Shown: positions 62,599 to 64,000 of the stretch, piece after piece | Layout of the letters: every line of letters begins with the position of its first letter | Numbering within the stretch: position 1 is the first letter of the stretch | Origin: an uncultured Gammaproteobacteria bacterium | GTDB lineage: Bacteria > Patescibacteriota > Microgenomatia > Daviesbacterales > UBA10151 | Assembly (NCBI GenBank): GCA_964523905.1 | Contig: CAZFYQ010000004.1 | Coordinates: 31,535 to 95,534 of the forward strand | Direction: 5' to 3' | DNA length: 64,000 nt | Notes under the pieces: model-generated | What the model was told of the DNA's origin: nothing | Databases searched by the model: none | What the model saw: only the letters and a program-made list of their open reading frames with translations | Position numbers and translations under genes: made by a program

Positions 62599-64000
62599 AT
62601 GGTCAAAAATATATTTTCAATTCTAACAGCCAGGCAAACATCAATATTGTCAGCGGCCTCAATTATTATGGTGACCATGATGTTTTCCAAGGTACTGGGT
62701 TTAATTCGTGACCGACTGTTAGCTCACGCCTTTGCACCGGATAAGATTGATATTTTTTGGGCAGCTTTTCGTTTACCTGATCTAATTTTTCAAATCCTAA
62801 TCTTAGGAGCACTGTCTGTGGCTTTTATTCCGGTTTTTACCGAACACTTAGAATCCAAAGGTAAAACAGATGCATTTGAATTAACCCGTGGAATCTTGAA
62901 TATCTCTTTACTGATTTTTATGGTGATTGCTGTAATCGTTGCTATCTTCGCCAAGCCTTTAATTGCTAATTTTATTGCCCCTGGTTTTACTCCGGATAAA
63001 CAAGCTCAGGTGATTGTATTAACCAGGATTATTTTTGTCGGACAGATCCTCTTGGTTTTTGGAGCTTTGTTTATTGGTTTGTTGCAGTCTTTCCAAAAGT
63101 TTATTATTCCAGCTTTGGCGCCGATTTTTTATAACTTGGGGATTATTTTAGGGATAGTCTTTTTTGCCAAGCCTTTTGGCATTGCGGGTGCGGCAATTGG
63201 GGTGATTTTGGGTGCGATTTTACATGCTTTAATTCAGCTACCTTTAGTTTGGTCAATGGGCTTTCGGTTTAAAATGCCCAGGAAATTTTTACATCCCGGG
63301 GTTTTGGAAATTATCCATCTAATGAGTATTCGGACCATCGGTTTGGCTGCCGAGCAGATTAATGAAACAGTGGGAGTGGCTTTGGCATCCCTGGCTGCGG
63401 TTGGGTCTGTGACTTATTTAACTTTTGCCCAGCATTTGCAGGTGGTACCAATTGGCTTGTTTGGTGCTACTTTAGCACAAGCAGCCATGCCGGTTTTATC
63501 AACAGAACGGTCGCGGGGTAAAATTGAGGAATTCAAGATCACCCTGTTAACTACTTTTCATCAAATCATGTTTTTATCTTTGCCGGCCACGGCAATTTTA
63601 ATTGTGATTCGGATACCGGTAGTCAGACTGGTGTTTGGGGCTTCCCAATTTGACTGGAAAGCTACTGTGTTAACCGGAGCCACTTTGGCTTTTCTGGCCA
63701 TCGGCTTGGCTGCACAGGCAATTTCTTTACTTTTGGTGCGGGGTTTTTATGCCATGAAAGATACTAAAACTCCAGTGCTGGTTTCTTTGTTGGTGGTGGC
63801 TTTAAATATTATCTTAAGTCTTTATTTTATTGTGTTTTTAAAGATGGAGGTCTGGAGTTTGGGGCTGGCTAATTCTATTTCGGCTTTAGTTTCTGGTGTG
63901 CTGCTTTTCTGGGGACTGCATTTTAAAGTAGGTAAGTTTAATTTAAGAGCAGTTTTAGTCCCGCTTGGAAAAATGTTAATGGCAACTATGATTATGGGGG
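62599..64000 (+). CDS. murJ: lipid II flippase MurJ (MviN), 3' partial at window edge
   Basis: ATG 62599; SAASIIMVTMMFSKVLGLIRDRLLAHAFAPDKIDIFWAAFRLPDLIFQILILGALSVAFIPVF; the ORF runs off the window end. Confidence 0.8.
   Translation, partial: MVKNIFSILTARQTSILSAASIIMVTMMFSKVLGLIRDRLLAHAFAPDKIDIFWAAFRLPDLIFQILILGALSVAFIPVFTEHLESKGKTDAFELTRGILNISLLIFMVIAVIVAIFAKPLIANFIAPGFTPDKQAQVIVLTRIIFVGQILLVFGALFIGLLQSFQKFIIPALAPIFYNLGIILGIVFFAKPFGIAGAAIGVILGAILHALIQLPLVWSMGFRFKMPRKFLHPGVLEIIHLMSIRTIGLAAEQINETVGVALASLAAVGSVTYLTFAQHLQVVPIGLFGATLAQAAMPVLSTERSRGKIEEFKITLLTTFHQIMFLSLPATAILIVIRIPVVRLVFGASQFDWKATVLTGATLAFLAIGLAAQAISLLLVRGFYAMKDTKTPVLVSLLVVALNIILSLYFIVFLKMEVWSLGLANSISALVSGVLLFWGLHFKVGKFNLRAVLVPLGKMLMATMIMG

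Overview
The window is a low-GC (about 35% by eye), gene-dense bacterial chromosome segment with no rRNA, tRNA or CRISPR array that I can find. The gene content resembles a Candidate Phyla Radiation (Patescibacteria)-type genome. Support for that: a short valS (700 aa), the rpmH-rnpA-yidD-yidC-jag block, many small membrane proteins and DUF4012/four-helix-bundle proteins. That lineage call is an inference, not a database result.

Most of the window is housekeeping (coordinates in the feature list): ribosomal protein genes, valS and metG, tsaD, groES-groEL, murB, tatD, sbcD/sbcC, an M24 aminopeptidase, uvrD/pcrA, trxA, tpiA, an LCP protein, and a 3' partial murJ.

Interleaved are cell-envelope loci:
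- An O-antigen-ligase-like gene, a Wzx-like flippase, and a gene fusing a degenerate epimerase domain to DUF4012.
- A UbiA-prenyltransferase / WecA-like GT4 / membrane GT2 cluster.
- VanW, M23, 3D/G5, FemAB, PEGA/SH3b, LytR-CpsA-Psr (LCP) and FN3/dockerin proteins.

Other recognisable genes: a methyl-cycle pair (ahcY plus a PfkB sugar kinase), a VapBC-like toxin-antitoxin pair, a DUF5678/retropepsin pair, an HxlR regulator divergent from a LUD-domain gene, a PD-(D/E)XK nuclease, a 2H phosphoesterase (LigT) and a GT35 glucan-phosphorylase-like protein.

I found no coherent multi-gene cluster that looks like a new system. The strongest single observation is a SAM-I (S-box)-like riboswitch leader, with an intrinsic terminator and a candidate antiterminator, upstream of a SAM-dependent methyltransferase; the ORF-track start for that gene falls inside the leader. 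Other points worth checking:
- A dispersed hairpin motif family with conserved flanks GTCAT...ATCTC.
- Non-triplet tandem repeats inside envelope genes and inside promoters.
- A sedolisin-like peptidase wedged into the sbcDC operon.
- An alkyltransferase-like protein with Trp at the catalytic position.
- Several ORFs without recognisable domains, GC-richer by eye, in scattered positions.
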